Assembly (NCBI GenBank): GCA_040954595.2 | Contig: CM082586.2 | Coordinates: 7,843,337-7,907,336, forward strand | DNA: 64,000 nt | Source of the DNA: Balanoglossus misakiensis | Taxonomy: Eukaryota > Animalia > Hemichordata | Reading direction: 5' to 3' | Shown here: positions 1 through 13,097 of the stretch, one piece after another | Position numbering within the stretch: position 1 is the stretch's first letter | Layout of the letters: each line of letters begins with the position of its first letter | Position numbers and translations under genes: made by a program | The notes under the pieces: model-generated | The model's database searches: none | The model's input: the letters and a program-made list of their open reading frames with translations, nothing else | Told to the model about the DNA's origin: nothing

Positions 1-1076
1 CATATGCAGAAAACGAGTCCCTGGATTGGAAACTGAGTAATTACTTTAAAACAAAAACTGGTCCTATGCATGCTGCAGTCATCGTTCACAAGGGTGGTGC
101 TGATTTTGACCGAATCGGCTCTACTACTATAAGAGTTGCTCAAAAAAAAGGTAATAGTTTAAATGGACATTGTATGACTTATCAAAATGTCTAAGTAACA
201 TAAATTAAGACAGAATAGGTCAAATCATAATAGTATATTGCACTGTGAGTAAAATGGTCGTAAACCCAATGTAATATTTTGAAGAAATAATGTATTAATT
301 ATTGTATTTCACGACATTTCTGTCTTTAGCTAGTATAAAGAACTTCATATTAATGCATTCGTGCCAGTACTGTTAAGATGTAAGGCGAAATAAAAAATGT
401 TTCCTGTTCCAATTACATGGTTTTTAAAAATAGGATAGGTGCGCAGGGAAATTTTCTTTATATTGCAATTTTTAAAAAATCTTCGGCCGTCATAGTGTAG
501 AAGAATGACGTCATAGTTCTGGCGCTATTCTTGCAATTTTCATAAATTTGATATGTTTGACATGGTTATTGTTACTTCTGGTTTACGAAGCTCTAAAAAG
601 TTTAGGGTTGGTGGGCTAAAATTAGGGAAGGTCGGGTAATTGGAACAGAACATATTTTTAATTTGGCCTATAACTGGCAACCTGTTTTGATTTTAAAGTT
701 TCCTCTTGTCCGTAGGTGAGACTAGGTCATTGATGATTATATAACTCTCAAATTTATGAACACATATAAGGTTGAATGGTTATGGACCTAATATCAATTT
801 GGTTTCTTTTCAGGTCGGGGAATTCCATTGTTTGCTATAATCACCCACATAGACAAAATGTCTGAAGATAAAATCAAGGAAGCTGAAGAAAATCTCTCAG
901 ATGGCCTTGGCATTGATCTCTCAAGGATTTATACAGTGGCGAATGCAGATGACAAGTTAAGTTCGACCACACCCTGCGTAACTCCAAAGCAAAACATCTA
1001 CATCCAGAATATGCTTCTTGGTTTTCTCACTGCAGCGGAAAATTACAAGAATGGTGGCGAATTCAAAATAAAATGA
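1..1076 (+). CDS. 3' end of an IFI44-like P-loop GTPase gene (paralog 1); exons <1..150 and 814..1076
   Basis: The first exon reads ...LDWKLSNYFKTKTGPMHAAVIVHKGGADFDRIGSTTIRVAQKK with a phase-1 donor g|gtaata after 150. The acceptor tttcag ends at 813 and the exon continues GRGIPLFAIITHIDK... to TGA at 1076. Exon boundaries, phase and the G4-like THID motif match the last two exons of the gene at 5482-9263. Confidence 0.8.
384..668. mobile_element. MITE with GGC(C/G)AAAT(T/A)AAAAA..TGTTCC terminal inverted repeats (Harbinger-like); second copy at about 40742-41023
   Basis: ggcgaaataaaaaatgtttcctgttccaattac at the left end is complementary to gtaattggaacagaacatattttaatttggcc at the right end. 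The copy at 40.7-41.0 kb has the same ends and internal sequence in the opposite orientation. Confidence 0.65.
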
Positions 1077-3499
1077 GATCAGATGTTTAAACAAGATGTC
1101 AATTTGAGCTACATCATATTATAAACACAATTTCCCTAGGGCTGTATTTTATTCGAGAACATGTATATCCATTTTGACGACATCACACGTTACCATGCCA
1201 ATGTTGAAGAGATGGAAGCAGCCTTTGTTTAAATTCAAATAGGTTGTACTGTTACTGAATTGTATCAAGGTATTTTAAGTCAAAAACTCATAATTATGGT
1301 TTTGAAGCAATAATCATAGTTTATCTTTTTACAATATTGCTCAATATGACGTTTACTGTGAGTGAAAAATATGTGGTTTTGAATATGTTAATACTAGTTG
1401 TAGTGTGACAGTTAAACTTTATGTTGTATCTACCATGAAAGTCAAATTTACAAATGTATGTAAAATAAATGGAAGCAGTTTTCAAGGAAAATTAAATGAT
1501 GTGACTATAATTTAGAAGTATTGATCTTCAAACCAAGTTTAGCAGGGTTAGCAATTAAATACAGTGATTAAATAAGACAATGTATATAAATGCAAAGAAT
1601 GAAAACTTAGTTGTGGGGAGCATCCTATTGGTGTTCATGTAAAAGATACAAGATTATGAGGAAAAATGTGTAAACTGGTGAATGTTTTGATTGATGGTGT
1701 CCACAGAACTATATTGTGGTGGAAAGAACAACGATATTATCAAATTATAACCATGCTGCAGTTTGATTCTTGAAATGGTAAATGCATGCGCTTGAATAAG
1801 CTTAAAAATCAGAGGGTTCAATTTTTAACATCCATTCAGCAAGCATTAAATATGAACATAGAACCATCTTATTCAATTTAAAACATACCTAGGCAACACA
1901 GGAAAGGTTTCTGTTTAACTTTTAAATGTAGAGTGTTTTTTTTCTTGGTGTTGTGTTTATAGAACAATAATGTATACAGCGTATGACTTTGCACTATTAA
2001 AGGCCATTCATTATATGGACATAAGTAGAATAAATGTGATAAATATGTCTACCAAAGGTCGACGTTCAAGTAGATGACAAATGTAATGACTAATGTTTAC
2101 ATGAGACATGTACCTATCCTTTATCTTTTGACAAAGCCCCAACTATACAAAGAAAATTCAAATGGAAGAGTCATTAATGACTCCCAAATTCAAACATTCA
2201 TTTGAAACCCACCTTACCACCAAGTGATGTGGTTTAAAAGGACAAAGCAACTCTTTTTACCTTTTTGTGATATCAAAAATACATGGAATTTCTGAGTGAA
2301 GTCTCTCAGTGCACAAAATCATGGTGTTTCATGACTTAAAAAGAGTAAAGTATTGACCCCTTTGCTGTATGTAAAGAAAAAAGTTAACTTTATTTGTTTG
2401 TGACCTCTTCACTATATAAATGCCTACTTCAAAGAACACTTTGTTTTCCAAAGTATACAAACATTCCTACAGATTATGTGAAGAATGTTATCCTTATCTA
2501 TATCAAAGCCCAACCCACCCCCATGGAAATCTCATTACAATGGCAAACAGTTAGTCTAAACATTAAGCGACCCTGACTGTGCAGTCAAGTAAATGAAAAA
2601 TCAGTGACTGAACAGTCAATAACTGGTACAGACCATAAATTGTTTCCTTGAAAGTCCAATTTTGTCTGCCATAATGATGTCAGGAGACCCAGACTTTAAA
2701 ATTCTGTTGCTTGAGAGAGCTCCCTCCGATTAGCAGGATGACAAGTGAACTCTCTGGGGTCAAACATATGCAAGATCACAGCAGACAAAACACATGTTAC
2801 GGAGAATAAGAAGCATTAGGCTATGGAATTCCTTTTTTCTGAAACACACTGCTATAAAACAGTCATCTGGGCACTTTGCCACGAAAATACTGAATGCATG
2901 CCAACATCACAACAATAACACATTCCATCATGTCAGCTGACAAGTTGGGCTCTATTCATATGACGGTTGACCTTTGGTATACACACTGAAGGCGTAACGT
3001 ACGAGTCGCAATCTACTCTGAAACACTTCTTTCTAAAATGGTGGCATGTGTTGGTAACATTTGCGTACGGTTATGTTAGAAGGGATATTTACGTTTTGAT
3101 ATGATGCGACCACTATTTCTTAACAGATGAAAATCTAAGTCTGCAGGCAAATTTCTCTGATTTGAAGACCATGCTGGGAGGAACGGCAATAATGGCAATA
3201 ATGGCGTTCAGCAGCGGACCCTCAGAGGTAGGTGCGCTTCGGTGCATAGAGCTGACGCCATGTGTTTAATTAAATATACCCTTTATTATTATATATAGAA
3301 ACGTACAACATAATATCAAGTCATACACCACTGTTGGCTGCATTTCACCTAATTATACCAAAGCGAAATGAAAGTGTGCACAGCAGCTCATTTCTGGCTG
3401 TATGGGTGTGCGTGACAACGCACTATTTATCTCCACACACTTACTGACTTAGGGCAGAACCATTTCACTTCGGTTTGGGGACTAAGGATTTGGGTGTAT

Positions 3500-5163
3500 C
3501 AACAAGTGGTTTTCGCTGAGCAGTTCAACTTCGAGCCGCAGGCGAGAAGTTGTACGCTTCCGCGAAAACCACGAGTATACGATGATGTTAAACAAAGAAA
3601 GATATCATGGGATTATTATATATAATTCCCCCGTATTTCGAACGAGTGTGCCTGCGTCGCGGACGAGTGATTCCCCGTATAGCGGCCGTATCCCTCCGAG
3701 CCGCAGGCGAGGAGGGATACAGCTATACGGGGAAATACGAGTTCGCGACGCAGGTACACGAGTGAGGAATACGGGGGAATTATATGTTTATCACATACAT
3801 AGATCCGCTAATTTTGATTTTCAAATAAATCTCTTTGTGGTTGCGATAAAATTTGGAACTATTTTGTGCAAAATTGTTATGCGGTCTATCTGTCAGGTGA
3901 CTGAGGTCACGACCTGGACGATTCTGGTTTTGGCGATGACCCGTCTGTTGTGCGTCAGCTGGATTTCATCGTCCGTCAAGGTTTCACTGCAGCAGGAAAC
4001 CTTTCTTGTGCCTTTTGCTTTATGACTAGACCGTTTTGCTCTAATCGTCGCATCAAAATTTTTGCGAATACTCAGTTTTGTACCTGTCGCTCGTTCGACA
4101 ACGCGACGACTTTGGCTCAGCACTGACGCCCTCGCGACAGTTTTGGTGCCAGTTGGTGCGATAAAAATGTACACAGGTAAAACTAATCGTCGATCGTCCA
4201 TATTTACACATACGAAACATTTTATTTATCTTTGCTTATTTTTTAATATCGAAATAAAACCAACAATTGCACTGAATTTTGTCGCCCTAAGAGGACTTTG
4301 TTTACAAGTTTAAAATAGTTCCGTTTGGTGACGTCAGAGGGATGGGTATTACAATAACGCTTGGTGCAAATTTACCTACGTCTGACGTCATACTATGGTA
4401 TATGCGGAGCTATGTATGTGATAATATATTTATCACATGAACAGTCTTCTTATTTTTCGTTAGAAGAGGCAGGACTATAAAAATTCAGTATATTGCAACA
4501 ATTTTGGAGCGGCGTAGTATTTTACTGAGCGGGATTATTTCCCCCTAGAGATATATGTTGGGAGAATTTATGAACGATCAGCGATAGTTCATCATTTTCA
4601 TATACGCAAATGATGAACTATCGCTGACCATTCATAATATCTCCCAACAAGTCGTCCTGTTGAGTTCCGTTCGCTCGAAGTTCTGCCTTACACAAATGTA
4701 ATCGATTCTCTAACAATTTTACTGCGACCTGTTGCCACGTCTTATACATTTCGTTGACCGGTGGAATATAGAGGTTCAGTCGTCACGCTGAACTGGCTCG
4801 AAACAATTCCCCACGCTGATTCGACTCGGAACGTACCAGACTTGCCCCTAGCCTATTAGCTATGTGCCTGACCCAAAACTTTGACAGCCACGATCGTCCA
4901 TGATCGTTGCGTCGACTGTCTTCTTTCCAAATTCCACCTTTCTGTTTTGAGCTTACAAAGCGATATTGTCATGTAACCGTCATTTTTTATTTCATTTCTG
5001 TATTGTAAATGCCGCTACACGTACTGTTTCTGTTTGACAACAAAGTTACAGCGAATCGGTGGAAATAGTTCCGGTTGATGACGTAGAACAGGGGTGATCT
5101 GGATTTTTGATCTGTCCTGGTCTACGTCACACAGGTCTTGATATGGGCCAGTTCATGTGATAA
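3500..5163. mobile_element. Cluster of palindrome-rich non-autonomous elements, possibly Crypton-type
   Basis: Paired ends ttatcacatacatagatccgc (about 3788) / gcggagctatgtatgtgataa (about 4423) and ttatcacatgaac (about 4430) / gttcatgtgataa (about 5163). Internal stem-loops are centred on gagccgcaggcgag (3532, 3698) and at 4566-4650. Confidence 0.45.
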
Positions 5164-5481
5164 GTTTAATTATCCTCCGCACCATCCACCAACATTTTGT
5201 CCACACAAATCTTCGATCCAGCCCGGAAATCAAATGGGTCTCCTTTTTACAGCACTGAAACTGTGGCAATGAATCCCAGTTTCTACTCTTGGTGGTCACC
5301 AAGGAGTTTCGAGTGTGAATATTATGTCTGGATCTGAATACAGAGTAAATTATCTGATTTCTGCCAAGGATATGTCATGCTTAATTTTCCTATAAATGTA
5401 TATGGTATTTTCCAACAGTTTCATTTCGCTCCGTGTTCCTGCACTGACACTGTTATTTCACGTTCATGGTTTAATTCACAG

Positions 5482-8400
5482 ATACATTTTTATTGTGGCT
5501 GAAGAATAAAATTGGTAATTTTCTATCATACATTTGGCAGGATGTCAGTTCCACTAGGTCTGGCAAGATTGACATTTCGGTTCAACATGTCGGTCGTCAT
5601 GGAAACACTGTGACCTTTCAATGTAAAATAAATGACTCTGTGTCTGTGTACGATCTGGCCCTGTGTATCAGAAAAAAATGTCACCTTTTCAATGTGACGC
5701 CAGACAGTATATCATTGAAGCAGTTGAAAATTTGGAAGTGTAATGAAGAATGGAAACCCACGCGGCGGCTTGAATTTAACGAATTGGTGTCAGAAGCCAA
5801 TCTCCGAATGGTATCTTTTGAAATGCCAGAAGGTAAATAAAAATCAGGTGATGTGTCATCTTAATGGAAAGATGGGACAGCCTTTCCCCTTTTTAAAGTT
5901 TAAATACTGACTCTGAGCTGTCAAAAATCCACCACACAGTATTTGCAGTATTCGCTTGAATGTCGGAAATTGCCATTGTGTCACTTGTAGTTACTTAGTC
6001 ACTATGTTCTTCTTCTCTCAGTGTTATGTTTACCAATCAGTGATGTCACGTCCGCTACTAAAGTGCTGGTCCACTATAAAGAAAACCAGACGATCGGTGA
6101 CATTCTAACATCAGTGCGGCAGAATGTCGAAGAAGCCCACATCAGATATGCAAGGACAAGGGCGAACATTGAGATGGGTTATGAAATCATTCTATTGCAG
6201 AGAAGTTGGGGATGGTATTCTGTGATTAAAACAGCCGCTCAGATAAAAGATTACAAACACCGGGAAATGTTCTATTATATAAAATCAGCAAATGAGACAA
6301 TGAAACCAACACAGAAATGTGAGTATACACCGGCGGTTTAATATTTACTTTTGAATGACAGTTGTACAAGTGGTAGCATGCGGCTGGCTACCCAGTGGTA
6401 ATATAGAATGGTTTCCCGAAACCGATGACCAAGAGAAACAGACAGTTTTAGAGGTCCCTGGAGGCCCAAGGCGAGACAAAACGCTATGCTGTTTCCTGAG
6501 TATGACTACTCTGTATTGGTTTATACATCACCTCAAAAAGTTTTGCTATTTATTAGCAAATTAAAGGGACAAAGTCTCTCTCTTGCTGCCCTTTTGCCAT
6601 TAATTATGTTTGATACAAGACACCCTTTACGTTAATGTACATGTGTGTATATAGTGAATCAACGTTCAACCATTCACACCTTCCATCCAACTTGTAGACA
6701 CGAGAGTGGAAAACTTGCCCAAATGAATAATCGGTATTTACCGTTTATTCATTTTGGCAAGATTTTTACTTGCATATCCTACAAACGGGATAGAAGTTGT
6801 GTGTGGTCGAATTTTGATCCACATGTAGAATAACATAAACAGTGTCTTGTATCAAACATAATTAATAGAAAAAGGACAGCGAGAGAGACACTTTGTCCCT
6901 TTAACAGCAAAGAAATCATCCTAGTGAATCGCTTGTTTTCGCTCTTTTTAAATTACTGCTACATGCAGCAATCTTTATCGGCAGTAGAAGTTTTCCAATC
7001 AAAATATTCCACGTATATACACGACTGATTGAATCCTATGCTCTGTTCAGTTCGTCTCATAGATGTCATTCACAAATCAGACGGGCAAAAGGTAGAACTT
7101 CTTGTTTCAGAAGATGACGAAGTTTTGAATGTGAAGGAACAGATAGTCACACAGTTGCACAGATTTGAGCTTTCAAGAAAAACCCACAGAGAAATCGAAA
7201 CACCCGGTAATGAGATCATCATCACGAAAGAAGGAGATGACAGAAAACTGGATTTTGACGAGAAGCTCCGAGATCTCGCGACGAGTCACTTTACGTTCGC
7301 TGTTGAAGACAGAGCATCAAGAGTCGTCTCTATAGGTAATTTAAATGTTATGATGGACGAATCCAATCAACTTAAATCATGTAACTGGTAGTGGTAGATA
7401 CTACATAGTGTTGTGTAGTCCAGTGCAACTGGTTAGAGTGAATAATATCCAAAGAGCTTTTCCACTGGCTGTATACCAATGCAAACTAAAATACTTCTTA
7501 TTTATACCTGTCATTGTTTAGAGAGTATTGCCAGGCATGTTGCCGGACAAAACATCGCTCTCTTCGGATTGCCAGGACATGGTAAATCCACAACAATTAA
7601 TACAATCATCACTGTAAGTATTATTTGTCAAAGAATTAAAGGGACAATTAAGTCTCTCTCTCGCTGCCCTTTTTTCCATTAATTATGTTTGATACAAGAC
7701 ACTGTTTATGTTATTCTACTTATGGATATATAGTGAATCAACGTTCGACCACACACAACTTCCATCCCGTTTGTAGGATATGAGAGTAAAAATTATGCCA
7801 AAATGAATAAACGGTAAACACCAATTATTCATTTGCGCAAGTTTTTCACTCTCGTGTCTCGTGGGATGGATATTGTGTGTGGTCGAACATTGATTCACTA
7901 TATATCCACATGTAGAGTAACATAAACAGTGTCTTGTATCAAACATAAGTAGTGGAAAAAGGGCAGCGAGAGAGAGACTTTGTCCCTTTAAGGAGCTAGA
8001 GGCGCTGTCTGAATTTCACAAGTGCAACCTTGCTGTTTGTAAGCACATCATTCACATTGCTCATATGCTGTTTAGAGAGACACCGCTAATCAAATACAGG
8101 TCAATCAAAGTAACGTAGAATGTGATATGCATTGTAGCAATTGCATAAGCAGGCAAATGGAAAAAAAAAAAAAAAAAAAAAAAAAAAAACACCTGAATAT
8201 ATCTTGCCCGTCCGGAAAAAAACCAACGTAATTTCATGGTAAATGTTTTAGAGCAGGAAATTGTGTAATTACAAACAATTATGTAAATATGATAACATAT
8301 GATGGCTGTTGCCATAGCGTCGGGGAGTGTTCTTGGTCCTTGCTTCTGGCATACACGATACAATCCACAGATCCTAAATTTTATTCGATTTTTTTCCACT

Positions 8401-9263
8401 TTCGCTCTATAGGCTCTGTCAGGAATGTATAAACCTGTCGCTCAAACATGGAAAGGGTCATCGACGGGAACGGCCGTACTCAGCACGTATCCCATTACAC
8501 TTAAATACAAAACATTCACATTTCTGGATGTGCCCGGTCAAGGCATTCAAAAACTGAGTGATGGCGACCAAAATTACGTGCGGAAGGTGATCAGTTCGAT
8601 ACTGGATGGAAAATTCCCAAAGGACCAGAAACTCGACTACTGGTCGTTGCTATCAATGCGGGCTATCTGGGCCGCAGTGTCTAAGCCATACACTGGACGC
8701 GTGGATGCAATTTTGTTAGTCCATAAGTGTAATGCAGTATTTGACAAGGTGAATGTTATGGTAATAGAAGAAGCCAAAAGTAAAGGTGATTGAATTATGC
8801 ATATATCTGTACAGATTGTTGGTTATGTGTTTCATAGTTTTACGTTAATGATAAATTCATTGATTGGTTTGTTTATTGGATGGTTGATTGATTGATTTGT
8901 CGATCAATCGACTGACTGACAGACTTACTGCTAATTTATTAATTGTGTGAGTGTGTGGATGAGTCAATTAACAGTAATGTATGTAGTTATTTTATTACTA
9001 TAAACTGAAATACTTTCTTTCTCTCTTCAAATTGCATCTTTCCAGGTCGTTCACTGCCAGTGTTCATTATTTTAACGCACATTGACATGATAAATCGCAG
9101 AGAACTTGAAAAGGTGGTTAAAGAAATATCGAAGAAATCGAACATTGACAGATCTAGAATTTTCACCATTTCAAACTACAGTCAAAGCGCCAGCGAGACA
9201 GTCGGCGACTCAAGACAGAACTACATTATGTGGTTTCTCCGAGAAATTTTGGATTCATCGTAA
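5482..9263 (+). CDS. IFI44-like P-loop GTPase with three N-terminal ubiquitin-like-looking modules; exons 5482..5832, 6022..6318, 7051..7335, 7522..7613, 8413..8785, 9046..9263 (first coding exon not located)
   Basis: All introns are GT-AG with compatible phases (1,1,1,0,1), giving one open frame of about 538 aa. Motifs: G1 NIALFGLPGHGKST, G3 FLDVPG, G4-like ILTHID. The IFI44 family call comes from motif spacing and context, not from a database search. Confidence 0.8.
6565..6900. mobile_element. Kolobok-type MITE (AGGGACAAAG.. long TIRs, TTAA TSD), copy 1
   Basis: ttaa|agggacaaagtctctctc ... gagagagacactttgtccct|ttaa with long imperfect TIRs. A TTAA TSD with RR..YY termini is characteristic of Kolobok. 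Confidence 0.8.
7640..7987. mobile_element. Kolobok-type MITE, copy 2 (intronic)
   Basis: Same TIRs, with TTAA at 7636-7639 and 7988-7991. Confidence 0.8.
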
Positions 9264-11835
9264 CTTTGATTTGACAGGTAGAAACGTTAACTAGAATGAT
9301 GGCCATTGACGCCACTTTGTATGCGCCTACTGTAATGTGCTGTTACTAAACATGTCTTTCTAGTTAACCACGCCTGAAGGCTATAAGGAGTGATAATTGC
9401 ACTTTTCGCGTTCTTTGACTTGCTGGCAACTGACTTGTCAAGTTGCATGGGATTCATATCTCCAGCCGAAGAAGAGAAAAATGCTGCCCAGCTTTAAAAT
9501 TAATTCGAGACATTGTAGACCATGGGGATGAAGCAGCCAATGCAGTTGTCAGACTTCTAATGACACATTCACCGGACAGGAACAATGTTCGTGATTCCAT
9601 TGAAAATGTTCAACTGTGTGTTAGATTGACCATGGTGCACATGAACACAGAGTACTTCATCATGTACATGGACCACTGTCTGCTGGATTAAGGCATATCA
9701 AGGGTAGAATAAAAATGTTACATATGAGAAGATATTTTACTTGTATTGCCTTGTACAACTGAGGTCAAAACATAGTTAAAGTGTCGGTGTCATCGAAATC
9801 TCTTTCATAGGAGCATTTTCAAAAATTGTCAACATTTGCAGTTTTTTGAACACACAAGATGTCAGACAATTCCCACTCCAAGCCAGGATGTGAACATTTG
9901 CACACGGCTGTATGTTTAAGTTTACTTTAATTTTCCAGTTTTATTTCACTAATTTCTCTCCATGGAAACAGCACCCCGTCGAAGCCAACCAATGCCCTAA
10001 ATCACGAACGATCATGCGTAGTTTTACACGCATGCGTAAACTTTGTAAAATCAGTCAATATCACATGATACCTATATAAATAATGAAAAGGTTAACTTCG
10101 GTGAACCTATAGTTCATTGGGTATAACAGTCACGGAAGTTCTATATTGTTCGTTGTGTGTATATAAATTAGACGGGGCATAGTGGCCGTAAAAGTTAGAC
10201 ATTAACCATTAACCAAATATCGATTAAAGTAGATACGAGATAAACATTTGACTAACCGTGTTGTGTGTATTTCGTTTTGTGGCCGACGGATTTCTTTTGC
10301 TGCTGTTTCCTTGACAACGGGTGAAATATCATACGCGATCTGATAAGCATACATTTAGCTGTGTGTTAATGTTTTTGCTAATTAATCGCCCAAAGCTACA
10401 CTTCTGATTGCTAAATAAATTTGATATTTTGAAATGATTATTTTAATAACAATGTTACATAAGGCATTTTTAAAGTATGAGTAGGCCCCCGTTATGCAAT
10501 TTACTTTGATTTACAATGCAATGTGGTATTAATTCACTATTTCGTTAAGAACATTGGCCTGTTCACACATAAAATGCAACGCTGCTTTCTCTTTCGTTTC
10601 CTTATTGATCTCCAATTTTCGTAGAAAGGTCTCTTCGTGGAATCATGCCAATGCATTAGTCATCATATGGAATTCAACAATGACATTGTATTGCAAACAG
10701 GCTGGCACAAACAAGCAGCTGTTTTTTATGAGTTCAAATGCAACCATTTGTGTCAATAATTTAAATTTAAACTTCAGTCTGCTTGACCATTTGCGTCTTG
10801 TGAAAATAATTTCACGCACATGGCACTCTTCGGCTAAATTTGCTGCAGTTCGGTCTTAAGGAATAACATGCCTCGATTATTTTAGTTGTTAACACACGGT
10901 TCTTTGCAGAGTGTAAAAATCGCGTCAAGGACACTGTTTGTGTAAATAAAACATTATTTACCCAAACAAATCCTGCTGGCGTTTGGTCGCAGAAAACAGC
11001 GGCCGAACGTCTTTGGTGGCAGCGTGATACACGGACACTGATGGCGTTGTCCTGGTTGGAACTCTTCATGCAGCTTGGTGTATGCTTATCATTATATAAT
11101 TCTTCTCGTACTTTCTTGGCATAGTGTTGTATTAGGTTTCTATTTTAGGAGATAGTTTTTGTATGTATTTTTGTGTCCGCGATTTCAGTCATCATTGACT
11201 CTGCAAAGTGTAGAGGGATGAAACATCTGCATATATGTGAACTCACTGCATCTTTTTTTTTACGGCAGTACTCCTTTTTCCGGCGCTGATGTTTCTTCTA
11301 TACGTTTGCTACCAATTTTATTGCTGGTTCTCTCTAGGTCTTTGTGACATAAATTAATTTCATTTTAAGGTAAATCTTCCAAGTTAAAGTCTAGTAGAAA
11401 TTCGTACAACTACAAGGCGATCTCAGATGTGACAAAGACAAAGTGGCTTAGCAATTTCATGACAAACCCCATCATAAAAATTTCATCACCATAATTATTT
11501 AAAAAAAAAAAACGTTTTGTAGTTAAAAGATACCATATAATATCCAAAATTTAAATAAAAACAAGTGATATGTAACCAAAAAGGTTGGTTCTGTAACATG
11601 CAAATTAAAACAAAAATGGGGGTCCCAACACCTGTTTTCCTGTAAAACCACAGAATGTTCTACTATAGTATTGCATAGATGTTTCTACATATCCAATCTA
11701 TAGAGGGCGCTGTTTAATATTAGAATGCCCGATGAGCAACAGGTGGTCGAGAACATTTGCAATAATACAAACACTTTTATCACCAGTTGAGGTGGCTCAA
11801 TGAGCTGGAAGACTGTTCGATGTTAATATTGGGTT

Positions 11836-12170
11836 ATGTTTTCACAGAGCAGATACATAAATGCGGAGGAAAGTGTTCTTTTCACGACAAGCACTGGCAA
11901 GACTGCATTGTATTGTACTGTAGATGTGCGTTTGTTCTTTGAGAAGGTTATGCGTCAGAGAGATTCAATATTTCTTAGGGCACCAGAGCATATACGTCAA
12001 GGTTTTAAATCAAAGGCAACAATTGAGTGTCTTAACTTTTTGACGTGACTGACAAGACGCCTTCCACCAGCCATGGACAAGACCTGTGGTCCAGACGCCA
12101 GATTGCCACATCAGACTCAAAGAAAAAAGAAGTGACCGAAACCAGCATCACCTGCCTTACATACAAAGCA
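11836..12170 (+). pseudogene. Degraded PIF1-like helicase fragment, probably transposon-derived
   Basis: VLFTTSTGKTA and FEKVMRQRDSIFLRAPEHIRQG resemble PIF1 motifs Ia and IV (L..VMRQ.D..F...L..IR.G); internally deleted and interrupted. Confidence 0.55.
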
Positions 12171-12454
12171 TTGAAAGAAATCGTCCTTGATAAACGACAT
12201 CAGACAAATCAGCGAATTTTGTCTTTTTGGGGGCCCTTAAAGTCTATCACTCTATATTGACAAAATATGCACCGAAACGTCAGGAGTTTGATCATAAGCA
12301 GATGGTGGCTAAATTCAAATGGCTGCTCTTGATAATACAACAATGTAGCAAGGAAACAGGCAGTGATAAAAAAACTGTCATAATTATGTTATGTTTTTAA
12401 CCATGATGGTTGATGTATAATCATATCACTCACAATATGCAGGAATGTTTTTAT

Positions 12455-12750
12455 TTAGAAAGCTTTCGACAGGGTGGAGTGGGCCTTCCTCCGTAAAGTA
12501 CTTGAGCAGTTGAATTTTGGCCACGTTATTTGGAATTATGTAGATACTTTGTATACTGATATTTGGAGGGTGGTTCTTTGTCATGGCTTTACTACTGACA
12601 AATTTGTTTTGAAGCGGGTGTGTGTGGGGGGGGGGGTCAGGGTGGGGTCAGGCCGGGCTGTCCGTTATCGCCACTCTTGTATGCCCTTTTTGTAGAACCA
12701 TTTGCGGCGGCTGTCTTTAGCGACCTGGCATTGCCAGTTTTGTATTTCCA
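12455..12750 (+). mobile_element. L1/Tx1-clade LINE reverse transcriptase fragment; duplicated at about 21195-21470
   Basis: KAFDRVEWAFLRKVLEQLNFG and GVRPGCPLSPLLYALFVEPFA motifs, with frameshifts and stops. Confidence 0.8.
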
Positions 12751-13097
12751 ACAATGGGTAGCGACGAGTTTTCCCCAACTTTCATATTCTGATCGTGCTG
12801 CACGTCAAATTTAACGCCAGACTGCGTGCATAGCCACTACCAGAATTGATTCACCAACCAATGAATACGTGTACACACATCAACTTACAAATGGATCGAT
12901 TTAGCCAACCAACCAACACCAATTCCTCTGAGCCAGACACCCAAATTATCCTACTCTGTCTTAATCTTTGAAAAATATGACTTCGAACAAGTTATAGATG
13001 GTTATATAGACTGTTTAATATCCCTTTTAATTAAAAACGACAAGGAATTACCACTTCCGTGTATAACTTCGCCATGGAGCCTTGGTAGTTTCCCGAA

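Noticed and set aside
3582-4313. ORFs of 147, 102 and 83 aa
   Set aside because: They lie within palindromic non-autonomous elements and show no protein motifs
5253-5345. Candidate upstream exon of the GTPase gene
   Set aside because: Splice-like sites are present, but no stop-free frame joins the phase-1 acceptor at 5482
8161-8188. Poly-A tract as a retrocopy tail
   Set aside because: No TSD or retroposed body is evident; treated as an intronic homopolymer
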